DNA from: Priapulus caudatus
Lineage: Eukaryota
Direction: 5' to 3'
DNA length: 64,000 bases
Assembly: GCF_000485595.1 (NCBI RefSeq)
Contig: NW_014577087.1
Span: 977,810 to 1,041,809 of the forward strand
How positions within the stretch are numbered: position 1 is the stretch's first letter; each line of letters begins with the position of its first letter. The notes under the pieces are model-generated. The model was not told the origin of the DNA, did not search any database, and was given only the letters and a program-made list of their open reading frames with translations. Position numbers and translations under genes: made by a program. Positions 1 to 38,600 of the stretch are shown here, piece after piece.

Positions 1-10
1 AAGAGAGAGA

Positions 11-67
<57 letters not shown>

Positions 68-483
68 AACGCAATAACACCTAATCTGTCGCAATTAATT
101 CTAATACGAGGTTTTTAAAGGACGCGTTTCGTGTACGGATACATAAAGAGAATAATTTTTAAGAGTTTATGAGAGCGTTTTCATTAAATTGCTATAGTAA
201 ATTGAATTTCATATCACAACAGCATTACGTAATACGATAAAAGCACTTACTGTGCAGTCTCCTCATTACGTTCACGGTGAAAGATTATTATTCTATTAAA
301 AAACCACCCGGAGTTCAATATTTATTTGGTTTGAGATTACACATGCTTTCATCAGATGTTGTTCGCGAAATTTATCAATATTTTATTGCGTCGTAATACA
401 ATCCTATATTTCTTTTAGTTCGTATCGTATATTCGTTTCGTGTATTTGTCCACATGCACCTACTCCCTTCATGCCAGTCAGTC

Positions 484-741
484 CAATGGCGTAGCCAGGA
501 ATTTGGATTGGGGGGGGGGGTCCTCAAGCAAGTAACAAGGAGGTTTGAGTTAAATGTCAAAATAGTGCTTTAAAATCAATTTAGACGCTGTTTTGTTAAA
601 TTTTTTTAACGAGGCCAGGATTAGGCCAGCTACGCGCTTTTAAGAGGAAAAGAAAATAGAGAAAAAAAAATTTTTGATTATGATTTTGATTGGGGGCGTC
701 CTATGTCCCCCCCAGGACCCCCCCCCCCGGCTACGCGCTTG
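484..741. mobile_element. Non-autonomous hAT-like MITE
   Basis: Termini CAATGGCGTAGCC...GGCTACGCGCTTG, flanked by perfect 8-bp TSD AGTCAGTC. Confidence 0.8.
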
Positions 742-1892
742 AGTCAGTCACGTCCGTAGCTCCTGGGTGGAGCATAGGCCACTGATATATCCTCGCCATC
801 TGACTCGGTGTGTGGGCAAGTTGCCTGATGATGTCCCAGGTGTGTCCATCGGCTTTGATTTCGGCTTCGACCGACCTCCCTTCAAGTGGTCGAAGATAAA
901 TAGTTGCGCTTTTTAACGACTTGGTGTTTTAGCGTTGTCACAGTATGTTTACAGGTCGATTAACCTTAAATGTCAGTGCTGGAATGAGCTTAAATATGCA
1001 GGCACGGCTTGATCCTTTGTCCCCGAAAAGATGCCGCCTTTGTTCTTGCTAGAACTGACCTTTGTTAGCAGATTTTCTCGAAGAACTATTTGTCTTAAAG
1101 ACAGTTTACCTATCCGCCCGAGCAAGATAATTATTCTCCCTTACCTCGCATACTGCCGCTAAATCGGTCAAACTAGACCGGTTTAGGCTGTCTTTACCCG
1201 AGCATACACATTTTTCTTCTGTAAGAAAATTAGTTGCCAGGCATCGTCTTTTAGAACGTCCTATTGCAACGGTGATTGGTTGGAGGTTCCCGTCAATCAT
1301 GCAAGGCGGGGCTAGGTTAATTAAGAGTTTCCGGGCAGCATTAATACAAAACAACAAAAGAGGGAAATCCTTGATAAACAAGCAGGTTAGGGGATTTTTC
1401 TCAGTAAAACTGCAGTGCTTCGCTTTCCATCGATCAAGGAGAAGACGTGGATAGGTGCGTTGCCCTATATAGCCCTATAAACGCTTTATTTAAGCACTGC
1501 CCTATCTTACCCGATGTCTCATCTTACCCAGGTCTCCCCTACCCCCATTATAACGTCACCGTGCGATCTGCGCATGGGCGACTGTGTATTATTATGCGGG
1601 CCGTTTAGCTCCTATTACTCACCTATATACTATCTCTATAAGCAATCTACTGTATCAGGAGTGTCATAATATAGACTGATAGATAGACAGTGATGATAGA
1701 TATAGATATGACTGATTGATAGTGTTGTAATATATAGTCTATATTATGACATACCTGTTCTTATATGCTGGGTCATGTGCGTGCAATATCGTAGGCAGCG
1801 TATTAACAACCCCTTAACGTATTAATATTCAACACATTATCTTCAGCGCTAATATATTATGTTATATATGTTATATATATACAACATATTAT

Positions 1893-1922
1893 CAGGAGTG
1901 TATCAATATTGATACACTCCTG
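1893..1922. mobile_element. Mini fold-back / putative P-superfamily footprint
   Basis: Perfect palindrome CAGGAGTGTATCAAT/ATTGATACACTCCTG with 7-bp TSD ATATTAT. Confidence 0.65.
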
Positions 1923-2133
1923 ATATTATGTTGTTGTTTGTGGGTTGTTTCAGTAATGGCGGGTCAAGTATAAGGGCCACGTATTCTGTGGGTTTCTTTC
2001 TTACTCAAGTGCCATAGTCTGTCGTTCCTTCCTCGGCGACTAGTGTTATCTTCTTCCGGCTGATTAGTCGTTATTCCCTCGTGCAGGCTCTAGTGTGATG
2101 CCCTTCAGAGATGTCCTGCCGTTCGATGGTAAT

Positions 2134-2197
2134 CAAGAGTCTATAATAGAAATTTTCTAATAGAAATAGAAATAAAGTTGTCTATTATGGACTCTTG
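2134..2197. mobile_element. Mini fold-back / putative P-superfamily footprint
   Basis: CAAGAGTCTATAATAGA...TCTATTATGGACTCTTG with 8-bp TSD ATGGTAAT. Confidence 0.65.
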
Positions 2198-2718
2198 ATG
2201 GTAATGTAACTGCTAAATTACACGTGTTAAATTAAAACCTATGTATATACAGCCGTGGCCATCCCTAGGACCACTAACTAGCATCTCTCCTGTGTCAGTG
2301 GCGGGAACCCTTTCTTTACCCAGTGCACTCCTCGTGCATAGTAGATGTAAAATTTTATTTCCCTACTAAGGTTCAGTGGCTTTAATTTCTCCCCTATGCA
2401 GCCTGTGTGCATAATTCCACGGCGGACATGGTGCTATTGAGAGTGCGTGCAAATATAATCCAAGGCATCACGCATGCAAAATCCATGGCTCGTCACAAAC
2501 GCAATATATATATAATATATAAATATATATCGCATGCATCACGCAACATGCGAATACAACCTCCATCACGCATGTATGATGCATTCATATGCATACGAGC
2601 ACATAACATGGTTGGCTCATCGTGTATGAAGCTCGAACTTATTCTTTGATTAGCGACTGTAGCGGGCTTTAGGAACAATCAGTTTCCTAATTGCGTTTTC
2701 TCTTCCATTCCCTTCCAG

Positions 2719-27594
<24,876 letters not shown>

Positions 27595-30022
27595 GCAGCC
27601 GATAGGGAGAGAAAGAAGGGGGAAGAAAAAGAGAGAGAAAGAGAGAGAGAGAGTGGGGAGAAGGGCAGAACAACTCTAGCCGCCGTCCGCTACGTGATCG
27701 TTGGCCGTGCCTTTACCAGTGTACATACTTGTAATCAGTGTTGGAACATTGACTATCGTATACGCTGTGACCAGTATGTGAACTTGGCTGTCCACGTATT
27801 TACCGGTGCGCTCAGACATTCGCGAATGTTCACTCAATCTCCGTGACCGCTGTCCACTCTCTGGCCGCTAGCTGAGCGGCGGTATCGTTACGGCTGTGTG
27901 ACGTCACTCCGTCCCTCCGTCCGGCCACATCTCGCCCCCGTTATGTTACCAGACGAACAACAGTGTCGGGTGGATGGACAGGCGTTTGTCCTCTTATTCT
28001 CGCGCATGCGCACGCTCACAATGTTACTGTAGATACTCGCGCGCGCAAATATTACCAGGAGTGTATAATATAGACTATATATATATATATTATACACTCC
28101 TGATATTATGATGTGTTAAATGTAAATACGATACATGCGATGGAAACTATACCCGAGTCTTTTTTTATTGGATTAAGAAAATTAGCTACGGTTTGCGATT
28201 TGATACGAGTTTTATTGTCTGTCGATTCCTGGCGAAAGTTTCCTGTCTGTGGTTGAACGCGGTATATAGAATATATCAGGAGTCTATCAATATTGATAGA
28301 TTTCTGAATATATGGCATAATTTATATCTGACCAAGTTATATAGTTGATGAATGAGCTGATAATGCTGATCAAACATACGCCTAGTTGCAACGCCAGAGC
28401 CGTACGTCCTTCGGTGAATAAAGATTGCAAGTATAGATATAATTATTATCCACGTAGTTATGCTGAGGCTTCACGTTTAGATTCATTCACCCATACTACA
28501 GCGATCTTACACTCGCAACTGTAAGCGAATCGGATCGGAAAACAAACCCTGTGAGAGGAATCGAACGCATCGAATTTTTTCGCTATATACATTTTTTGGA
28601 ATTTATTCGGAATTTTTGTTCGATATAAACGTAAAATAGATTAGCGTACGAGTAAATATTCGGCGCATGCATATAATTACCTGATACACGTGTTAACCGC
28701 ACATTTCTCTCAAGCAGAAATTGTGATAGAATGACGGTTATGACTTATGCAATTGCATGATGGTTGTTCAAGCTATGACACGAAATAATTATATACACAG
28801 ACCTGTGGAAGTTGACTAGATTCCGTTACGGGCTACATTGACGTTATATTTACTTTAGCGTCAGGATAAATAAAAACTAGTGTGTATACTATAGCATGTT
28901 CTATAAAATTTTAAAATACGAAGCGAGGCTTGCATGCAGAACTAGTCAGCGTGAGGGGATCTACATTGGATGTCACAGATTTCATGTGGTGGTGAAACTA
29001 GCAATGACCTTCGCTGTTGGCACAAATAAGTAATCTATTTATGTAATAGCATCATATCCTTGCGTTGCACATGTGATCTGCGATGGGGGGATACGTAGCT
29101 TAAGCTAATTAGAACATACTATGTATGATCTACGCTATCTCATTCATTATGTGTTGCTATAATGTCAACCCTATTCTTGAATAGTATCTTTCCAGAGAAT
29201 TATGCGTGTGACTGGGACATAGTTATGCAATCTAAATATAAATGTAGGGCCTTGTAAAATACAATACAATCGTACTCTAATAATTGTTTCGATACTTGCT
29301 CATTAATTAGGGAGATTAAAGTGTAGCTACAATTATGATCATGATAATGACGCTAGCACTGTTTGTGGCAGTGTTGAGTATGAACACAGCGTTAATAATA
29401 TAATATAAAGACGCATATAATGTCAAATCTACGTCACCGGCAATCTAAACAATTTATTAGAAATTTATTCGTTCTTATAGCTGTGCCGCCGGTCCGCGTA
29501 CATACCTGGTAATACATAAACGGCGGAAAACTATATATAATGAAAGGATAGCTTACATTTTTATGCATTTTATTGTGCACGCGTATTACAGATTTATAGA
29601 ATAAATAACTGTAACTGTTTGTAAGAACCAGTTTGTTATAGCCTGAACAAGAAATAAATATCCTCCAGTGAATTCTATAATATCTTACGTTACGTCTTGC
29701 TGATTTCTATACGTATCCAATTAAACTATACTACATAGCTTGCGCCTCGGGTTAGAGTCGTCAGTCAGGCGTAAGTACTTTATATGTTATCGAAATGATA
29801 AATTGAAGTAAAGAATATATACCGCAGCCGTAAGAGGGTGTGAAAAATCGATATCCGAATTTTTCACTTTAATAATCACAGCAGTTAGTTGTACTAAATA
29901 TTCATGTCGTATCGCTAATAAAACTTTAAAAAATATTTTGTTAAAATTGTACGTTTAAAATGGAGAACAAACGCTCCTCGCTGTAGCTCAGCATGAAAAA
30001 AAATCCCCGTATCTCTCTTTAA

Positions 30023-30378
30023 AGTGATTACGTCACCGTAAATAGTAAAAAAAAAAAATCCACTTTTTCACAAAATATAAGTAATTCTGTTCACTTTTTA
30101 TGGTTAAATTGCCGCATTATACTTCCTATTTTTTCTATATTGTTCGATGTGAACATACACTCGTGACTCATACATAGCCCATAGCAAGCAATTAATGTCA
30201 GGAACATATAATATCAAATCGTCGAGGTTTTTTTAGATTTTTAACTAGTTGAGAAAAAAATTTTATCAGGTAAGAATTTGACGATACGTTTAGTCCCGTT
30301 AGTTCTTACTTTTAATGTAAAAAAATGGCAACAAAAATTTTACAAATTTTACCATAGAAAATTCGTGACGTAGTCAAT
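30023..30378. mobile_element. Kolobok-like MITE, copy 1 of 3
   Basis: TTAA TSD; termini AGTGATTACGTCAC...GTGACGTAGTC; homologous in reverse orientation to 32367-32723 and 55668-56021. Confidence 0.8.
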
Positions 30379-30913
30379 TTAATAATAATAGTGTTCTTTA
30401 GCGGACATAACACTAATTATTTTAAATCGGCTAATGGGTAAGAATGTGCTCTATACGATACAGTCATGCAATTGTGTGGGTTCGCACCTTGTCCAATGAA
30501 TGAAACAGTATGTGTTGAAATTATATTGTTCGTTTAGAGAGAACATACGTCCTAGTAACTTAGTCTTCACAGGAGCTTAGCGTAAAATTAAAATTCGCAT
30601 ACACCAGTTTCATGTCAATAGAATATACCCTGACTCATGGATATTATCAGGGGTAAATAATGACATTCGACACGTTCCACATTTAAAGGATCCCTTTAAG
30701 TTTAGCTTCTTTGTTTATTCTGCCATTCCATATTGGAGCTCTCTTTCTTCCTCTTGCCAATTTTAAGCTTTCTCACTGCGGTCCACAGTGTTGAACCATA
30801 GACAAACACATATATATCTATGGTCGCATTGTCTATATGACGAGCTTTGTCTCTTTACGTCTTCGATATGATCCTTTTGACTTTGAAGACTAATATCTGT
30901 ATGAGGTTATGAC

Positions 30914-30956
30914 CATTGATCTATCTATAACCAACTCAGTTATATACGGATCAGTG
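30914..30956. mobile_element. Mini fold-back / putative P-superfamily footprint
   Basis: CATTGATC...GATCAGTG with perfect 8-bp TSD GTTATGAC. Confidence 0.6.
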
Positions 30957-31358
30957 GTTATGACATAATACGCTATGCCCTCGCTATCTATTCTACAAAC
31001 GAATATTATATAAATGAGACACTAGGGGGCGCTCGCAGGTTTCCAAAAACTTATGCGCATGCGCACTTGCGCGATATGATAGACGAGACGATGGATGTAC
31101 TGTTTACATACATAATGTACAGTACAGGTGTGTTGGCTGTGTTTTGATCACCGGTATTGAAGTTTTTTGAATAATTTGTGTTACATTAAAATAGCAGAGC
31201 GTTTAACTATACGAAGCATTTCATGTAGCAGTTTCTCAAGGCTGAGTTCAGTACTGACAGTAGTGTAAAATATTTCCATATTATCAGTAATATCAGGATA
31301 GCCTAGGTCCTATATTATCTTACTCCTGGTAATATCACATCAATCAGCTAGGGGTGAC

Positions 31359-31393
31359 CAAGGACTGAAGAGCTAAATATATTTAGCTCCTTG
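31359..31393. mobile_element. Mini fold-back sharing TIRs with the MITE at 46261
   Basis: CAAGGA...GAGCTAAATATATTTAGCTCCTTG with perfect 8-bp TSD GGGGTGAC. Confidence 0.7.
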
Positions 31394-31501
31394 GGGGTGA
31401 CGGGTGTCATAAATAATAATTAATAAATACTAGACACTCCACACTCCTGCCATGGACATGGTATATGACACTTTACCATATGACACTCCTGGTATTATTA
31501 A

Positions 31502-31781
31502 CGCAGTGGCTGGAGGTACGGTAGCCGGCGGTCGTTCAAGCCCATTTTTGGCGTTAGGGTTAGAGTTAGGGTTAGGGTTAGGTTTAGGGTTATGGTTAGG
31601 GTTAGGGTTAGGGTTCTAGCTCATCTAAACTCTCAAATCGTGAATTCATTTCCAAAGGCGTTATTTCGAAATCTGGCGCCACCGCCGCCGTCTTTGTCTC
31701 GTTAAGTATGAAAGCGAATGGACTCCCGTACCCGTAGCCTCGAGACATTAAGATACGGCTACCGTACCCGTAGCCACTGCC
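31502..31781. mobile_element. MULE-like MITE with internal (TTAGGG)n
   Basis: TIRs GCAGTGGCT..GGTACGGTAGCCG / CGGCTACCGTACC..AGCCACTGC; 9-bp TSD TATTATTAA; telomere-like array at about 31555-31615. Confidence 0.75.
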
Positions 31782-31860
31782 TATTATTAATGCAGATAAG
31801 GTCTATGTCCCCCTGACCTCTGTTTGACCTGGCTCGTTTAGCTATTTCTGACTAATATCA

Positions 31861-32240
31861 ATACTCAGGTAGACTGACCATTACTCAGGTAGGTTGACCA
31901 TTACTCAGGTAGGTTGACCATTACTCAGGTAGGCTGACCATTACTCAGGTAGGCTGACCATTACTCAGGTAGGCTGACCATTATCCAGGTAGGCTGACCA
32001 TTGCTTAGGCATGTAGGGTGACCATTACTCGGATAGACTGACCATTACTCAGGTAGACTGATCATTACTCAGGTAGGCTGACCAATACTCAGGTAGGCTG
32101 ACATGCATTATTCAGGTAGGCTAACCAATATTCAGGTAGGCTGACCATTATTCATGTAAGCTGACCAATACTTAGGTAGGCTGACCATTACTCAGGTAAG
32201 GTAAATATTAGTCAGGTAGGCTGACCGTTACTCGGGTAGT
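31861..32240. repeat. 20-bp minisatellite
   Basis: Unit TTACTCAGGTAGGCTGACCA, about 18 copies. Confidence 0.9.
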
Positions 32241-32366
32241 CTGGGTCACGATCTCATAAAATATCATTATATATTATTATTATTATCATTATCATTTTAT
32301 AGCATATAATAATACAGGGCGTATAATTTTATCATTCGTCTTTTAAAGTAGTAAACATTCTTTTAA

Positions 32367-32723
32367 GTTGACTAAGTCACGAATTTTCTATGGTAAAATT
32401 TGTAAACTTTTTGTTGCCATTTTTTACATTAAAAGTAAGAACTAACGGGACTAAACGTATTGTCAAATTCTTACCTGATAAGATTGTTTCTCAACTAGTT
32501 AAAAATCCAAAAAACCTGAACGATTTTATATTAGCGTTCCTGACATTAATTGCTTGCTATGAGCTATGTATGCGTCAAGAGTGTGTGTTCACATCGAACA
32601 ATATAGTAAAATAAGAAATATAATGCAGCAGTTTAACCATAAAAGTGAACAGAATTACTTGTATTTTGTAAAAAAGTGGAAATATTATTTTTATTTTTTA
32701 CTATTTACGGTGACGTAATGACT
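32367..32723. mobile_element. Kolobok-like MITE, copy 2 (nested)
   Basis: TTAA at both ends; reverse-orientation homologue of 30023-30378. Confidence 0.8.
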
Positions 32724-33762
32724 TTAAATGTATGAAATAGGGCAGCGAAACCCCCTATACAGTCATCTGGTCGTACAGTCATCGTGTAGGGGCAGCGAAA
32801 CCCCCTATACAGTCATCTGGTCGTACAGTCATCGTGTTAGTCAGAAATAGCTAAACGAGCCAGGTCAAACAGAGGTCAGGGGGACATAGACCCTACGAGC
32901 ATTATTAATTACAAAAATTTATAGGGCACAATATATTGGTTTGCATTATGGTTATTGTGTTACTGATTACTGTTAGGTCCTGCATAGCCACAAGTTCCCT
33001 TCTCGCTTAACACTACGTTGGCTAACAGTCGTGTAACGTTACAGTGGCCTACGTGTAACAGTCGGAGAGCCTGGTCGGTTTAGGTCCTGCACACAACCTA
33101 CCAAATAAACCGCACCACATATTATCCAAAGTCTAACAAACTAAGTTAGTTTCCTGGAGAAGTGGCAGGGCTTAAATGGTATAATAGTATAAATAGTGGG
33201 ATAAAAAATAGACTAACTTCGCGTTTTTCTCCAAGAACTTCATCTGTTCACAAATTACAGAGAGTTTTTTGCCGTCATAACGGAAGATATGATTTTAAGG
33301 GATTCGATCTACGCTGTATTCGCCACAAGAAACGATTGTTGAAATCTCTTTAATTTATGCATATGTGGGAAATTATTAGGTAAAAATGCTAAGCTAATCC
33401 ATTTTTATCCAGTTGGGCATGAAAATACCAAGTTAACACATTTTACCAAACCGTTTTACTCTCCAATGAAAGCAATTCCATTTCTGCTAGAAATGAGTCA
33501 TAGATGGAATGTGGAGGTGCCATAGTTTCTCAAGTAGGCAGTGTGCAGAATGTATCACACTACCATACATTACTAGTCAGGCCTTTCAATCTTATCCTTG
33601 TATTAGTATTATTAATAATAATAAACAACACTCAGTATACATTTTCTTTTGTATTTTTTTCAGATTTACATTACGGGATTATCTTTTTTAACTGAAGTTC
33701 ACTGCCCTGCTGTATCTACTAATTAATACTCTGTGGAGTAATCCTGATTAGGTCGGACTACA

Positions 33763-34354
33763 ATGAACTGGCCAACTTCTCAACCATGTGGTTCGTGGGA
33801 AAAAGTGAGAGTGTTGGGGAGTGGCGGATTTGGAGCAGTCATGCTATGGAAAAACACAGGCAATAGCCAGGTGTGTTACGCGTTGCATGTTTTTGTACAT
33901 TACGTTTTAGCTGCTTGGAACTCTATGCATAACTTTGACAGCGGATTTAAATCTCGCATTAATGGGAGCCTTTATATCCGTCGTATGAAAATCGAAATTG
34001 CTTACTGATTTTCAATGTTTTTGTTTGTTGTCTGTTGTCACAGAACATTTTGAACGTATTGCAGGAGATAGCGCTCAAGGAGTGTCGGTTGCTAGACGAC
34101 CAGATAACGGAGAAGATGCGTCGTCGCTGGACGCTGGAGGTCGACATCATGACCCGCCTTCACCACGAAAACGTCGTGTTCGGCATCAGCCTCCCCGACG
34201 ACCTCAGGGCGCTGACGTCCGAACTGCCCTTCATGGCCATTGAGTACTGCCGTGGTGGTGACCTGAGGAGGGTGAGGAGCATAGTAGTGCACGCAGTGGT
34301 GATGGTGGTGGTAGTAGAAGTAGTGTCATAGTGGTCATGGAATAGTGGTAGTAG

Positions 34355-34393
<39 letters not shown>

Positions 34394-35181
34394 TGGTAGT
34401 GGTAGTGGTAGTGGTAGTGGTAGTGGTAGTGGTAATAGTAATAGTAGTAGTAGTAGTAGTTAGTGATGTCCCGATGATCGATTATAATCGAAAATCGATC
34501 TATTATAGTTTCAAATTCGATAATCGATTATGAAAACAAATAATCGATTATCGGAAATACCAAAACAAACAAACAAGGAACTGTACTCACGATGTGTGAA
34601 TTTATATGACAAGTAGAGCACAAGTAGAACATAGGTTCTGTCTGATTGCAGAGCTGTACTAGTGTACTTATAGACATGGACAAATTGGACAGTGTTTTTG
34701 TTTTTGTTTGACACTGTCCCACAGATGTTATCCGTAGATGATATTCTACTCTCCGTATTGTTTGTTACATTGTGTTGGAGAGGATATTCCATTGGCAGGA
34801 CATTAACTCGGCTACACAGCCTACACTATTAGAACACAAACAACTTACTTAATATAATAAAGAACAATTAAGTCTTGATCATGTTTGTTTAAAACTTTTA
34901 ATGTTTTAATAAAGGCATTTAACCCATTCTTTTTAAATTGCATTAAAATACCTGTGAACTAGCGAACAGACATTGCATATTACATACAGCAACCTTCACG
35001 GAGTTAAAACATGATCATAAAACATGATAATATTGAATGCTATGTATAATTGTATATACAAAGTAAGATTAAATTAAATCTATGCTGTTATTAACTGATT
35101 ATCTGATTATAATCGATTATCGATCGGTTAAGGGAAACCGATAATCGATTATGAAATTCCAGTACTTCCAGTTCCCATCAC

Positions 35182-35274
<93 letters not shown>

Positions 35275-35600
35275 CAGTAGCAGTAGCAGTAGCAGTAGCA
35301 GTAGCAGTAGTAGTAGTAGTGGTCATGGAATAGTGGTAGTGGGAGTAGTAGTAGTAGTAGTAGTAGTGGTAGTGGTAGTGGTAGTGGTAGTGGTAGTGGT
35401 AGTGGTAGTGGTAGTGGTAGTGGTAATAGTAGTAGTAGTGGCGGCGGCGGCGGCGGCGGCGGCGGTAGCGGTAGTAGTAGTGTCATAGTGGGCATGGAAT
35501 AGTGGTAGTGGTAGTGGTAGTGGTAGTGGTAGTGGTAGTGGTAGTGGTAGTGGTAGTGGTAGTAGGTAGTAGCAGTAGCAGTAGCAGTAGCAGTAGCAGT

Positions 35601-35651
<51 letters not shown>

Positions 35652-38600
35652 GGGATTTTAGTATGGTATTACCTTATGATGAAGAGCCCAACACACCCAA
35701 CTGCTTTCAAACTGTATTTAGTGGCCCTGCTTAATTTACGTTACCCCATAAAATAGTGAAATAATTTTAAATATGTTACTGACTGATGTTACTATAGCGA
35801 GCGGTATTATTTGTGTAGGTGTTAATCAAACCAGAGAACTGCTGCGGGCTTCAGTGGAAAGAGGCATTGCGCATCGCTACTCACATCTCTGCTGCCGTCG
35901 ATTACCTTCACAGCTGTCGAATCGTCCACAGGTGTGCGTGTGTGTGTTCGTCCATGTTGTGATATGAGCTGACATGCGTTGCATTTTTTTATTGTTTTAC
36001 GACAGTTTTCGCATTATCAAAAAGTGTTTTTGTCGTAAGTGCTAAATCTTTTAAATGTTTGTCCTTCCCAATAGCTGTACATCACTTAGGACATTTTAAA
36101 TATGCATTTATTTTTTTCTTCTCTGCTTTTCTTCTTGCCTATCTGGCAATTAGCATGTTTGGTTTTGCCTAGACACTCTCTCTGTGGTAGGCGGTGGTAC
36201 GTAGAATTTACAGTCGGAAGTTTCTTTGCTGTCTGTTTTCAACATTGATATACTCTTGCGTGCAGAGACTTGAAGCCAGAAAACATAGTTCTGCAGACGA
36301 GTGGTGAAGGCTTCATGTACAAGCTGATTGACCTTGGGTATGCGAAGGAACTGGACCAGGGCAGCATCTGCAACTCGTTCGTGGGCACGCTGCACTACCT
36401 TGCCCCGGAGTTGATGTCCGGTCAGAAATACACATGTATGTCGATATTGTATACCCGCTTATTTGCATGATCAGAATAGCACGGACACATTTTGGGTTCC
36501 ATGAGTATCGTGGCGTAATATTAGATTCATTGTAAAGCCGCTGCCCGATGCACCACCACGCATGACATTCGTAGTAACCCACCTATCAGGGCTACCATTT
36601 TTTTACCACATTTATAGTAACAGGGCTCTTCCCAAGAATTTCAAAAGACGTTGTTTGTGGAGGCATGGGGGAGGGGCTGGAAAAGGCTTGTAGTAATTGG
36701 AGTGAATTACGTGTGTCATATGTGGCCCCAATACACATATATATATATATATATATTATATATAATATTTAATAATGTAACAGGTTTAATACAACACTAT
36801 AAGTATCATTAATTGTTATTAATTAATAATAACAGTTTATTATTATACAAGCAAATTTTGTCGTCGAGTTGTTCCACGTGCGTCTTCGTTGCGTGATCTC
36901 ACGATCGTCATCCCTCGCTGTGTGTGTGTGTTATAGGCACAGTTGACTATCAGAGTCTCAAGATTATTATGGATGGCTATGGGATCTAATCTATTATTGG
37001 ATCTATCTATTATTATTATGGATAACTATTAGATGTCATCTATTATTGGATCTATCTATTATTATTATGGATAACTATTAGATGTCATCTATTATTGGAT
37101 TTATCTATTATTATTATGGATAACTATTAGATGTCATCTATTATTGGATCTATCTATTATTATTATGGATAACTATTAGATGTCATCTATTATTGGATTT
37201 ATCTATTATTATGATGGATAACTATTAGATGTCATCTATTATTGGATTTATCTATTATTATTATGGATAACTATTAGATGTAATCTATTATTGGATTTAT
37301 CTATTATTATTATGGATAACTATTAGATGTCATCTATTATTGGATTTATCTATTATTATTATATGGATGACTTTTGGATCTCACGATAATCATCTCTCAC
37401 TGTCTGTGTTGTAGGCACCGTCGACTACTGGAGTCTCGGCTTGACCGTGTTTGAGACAGTCACGGGCAAGCGTCCGTTCCTCTGCAACCTCTCACCGGTC
37501 CAGGTGCTCAGCACGATCGCACAGAAGCGCCGCGAGCACATCTGCGCCTACCAGGACGTCGCCGGCGAGGTCGTCTTCAGCGAGCGGCTGTGTTACGCGC
37601 ACCGGCTGCCGCCGCGAGCGCAGCGACGCGTCGAGGCGTGGCTCGCTCTCATGCTGGACGTCGACCCGGCGACGCGCGGGGGCGGCGTCGGCGACGACGG
37701 CCGCCGACGGTGCTTCCCCCTGCTGGCGGAGGTTGCCGGCGTGCGCGTGGCGCGGGTGCGGGATCTCGGCAGCGGCGCGGCGTGGGAGTACGAGGTCGAC
37801 GAGGGGACGACGCTCACGCAGCTGCGAGCGTGGATAGCGCGCGACGCGGGCGCGTGCGGCGACGCGCGCCGGCTCCTGCTGTTGCCCGGCGGGAGGCGCG
37901 TGCGCGATGATGCGAACGTCGGCGAACTCTGCACGACGCTGCACGACGACCGGACGCTCTTCCTCCTTCCCGCCGACTTCCCCGAGGAGCGCCTTCCGGC
38001 GACGGCGGCGCCGCGCATCCCGGAGCCGGTTGCCGCGGCGACGGACGACGCGGCGACGCCGCTGCGGTACAGCGACGCGAAGCGGTGCTGGACGCACGCC
38101 GTGATGTTCTGCCAGGGGAGGGTCGACGACTACGCAGAGATGGCGGCCGGAGAGGGTGCCGCCGTCGCCGACCTCGCCAGCGTGGGTGCGGCGTTCGCGC
38201 ACGACCTCAGGGAGGTCGTGGAGGGCGCGACGGTGCTGCGGACGCTGCTGCGCGTGTTCTGTGCTGCGGCGCAGGCTGACGTGGGGGCGTGCCGGCGGGC
38301 GTGCGGCGACGCCGGCCCGGCCGCCGCGTGGGAGGCGGCGATGCTCGCCACGCAGCCGTTCACCGCGCTTGTGGACCGAGCAAACGACCTCCACCGCCGC
38401 GCCGCCGCGCTGGACGAGCGCCACTGCATGCTCCGGCAGATGGCGCCGCAGTGGCAGAGCCACCTGGCGGCGCTCACAGCAATCAAGGGCGCGGCGGCGG
38501 AGGCGTACGAGCGGCTGCGGGGCGTGCCGCGGGAGCAGCGCGCTGCGCGCTCGATGGACGCGCGCGACGCGGCGCGAGTCGTCGCCGCGTGCGCCGACAG

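Larger units (their letters stand above)
31792..32900. mobile_element. MULE-like element carrying a nested 20-bp satellite and a Kolobok-like MITE
   Basis: About 60-bp TIRs (AGGTCTATGTCCCCCTGACCTCTGTTTGACCTGGCTCGTTTAGCTATTTCTGACTAA); 9-bp TSD ATTATTAAT; same termini as 50232-50414. Confidence 0.85.

Noticed and set aside
30797..30822. CATAGA...TCTATG mini inverted repeat as another footprint
   Set aside because: Arms are only about 6-8 bp and the flanks do not form a TSD, so it was not counted.
31861..32240. Regular short repeats (also 5860-6361 and 36965-37365) as CRISPR arrays
   Set aside because: Head-to-tail units without unique spacers, no cas genes, eukaryotic context.
32390..32614. 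74-aa ORF upstream of IKK
   Set aside because: It lies inside a multicopy non-autonomous MITE and has no transposase or other recognisable motif.
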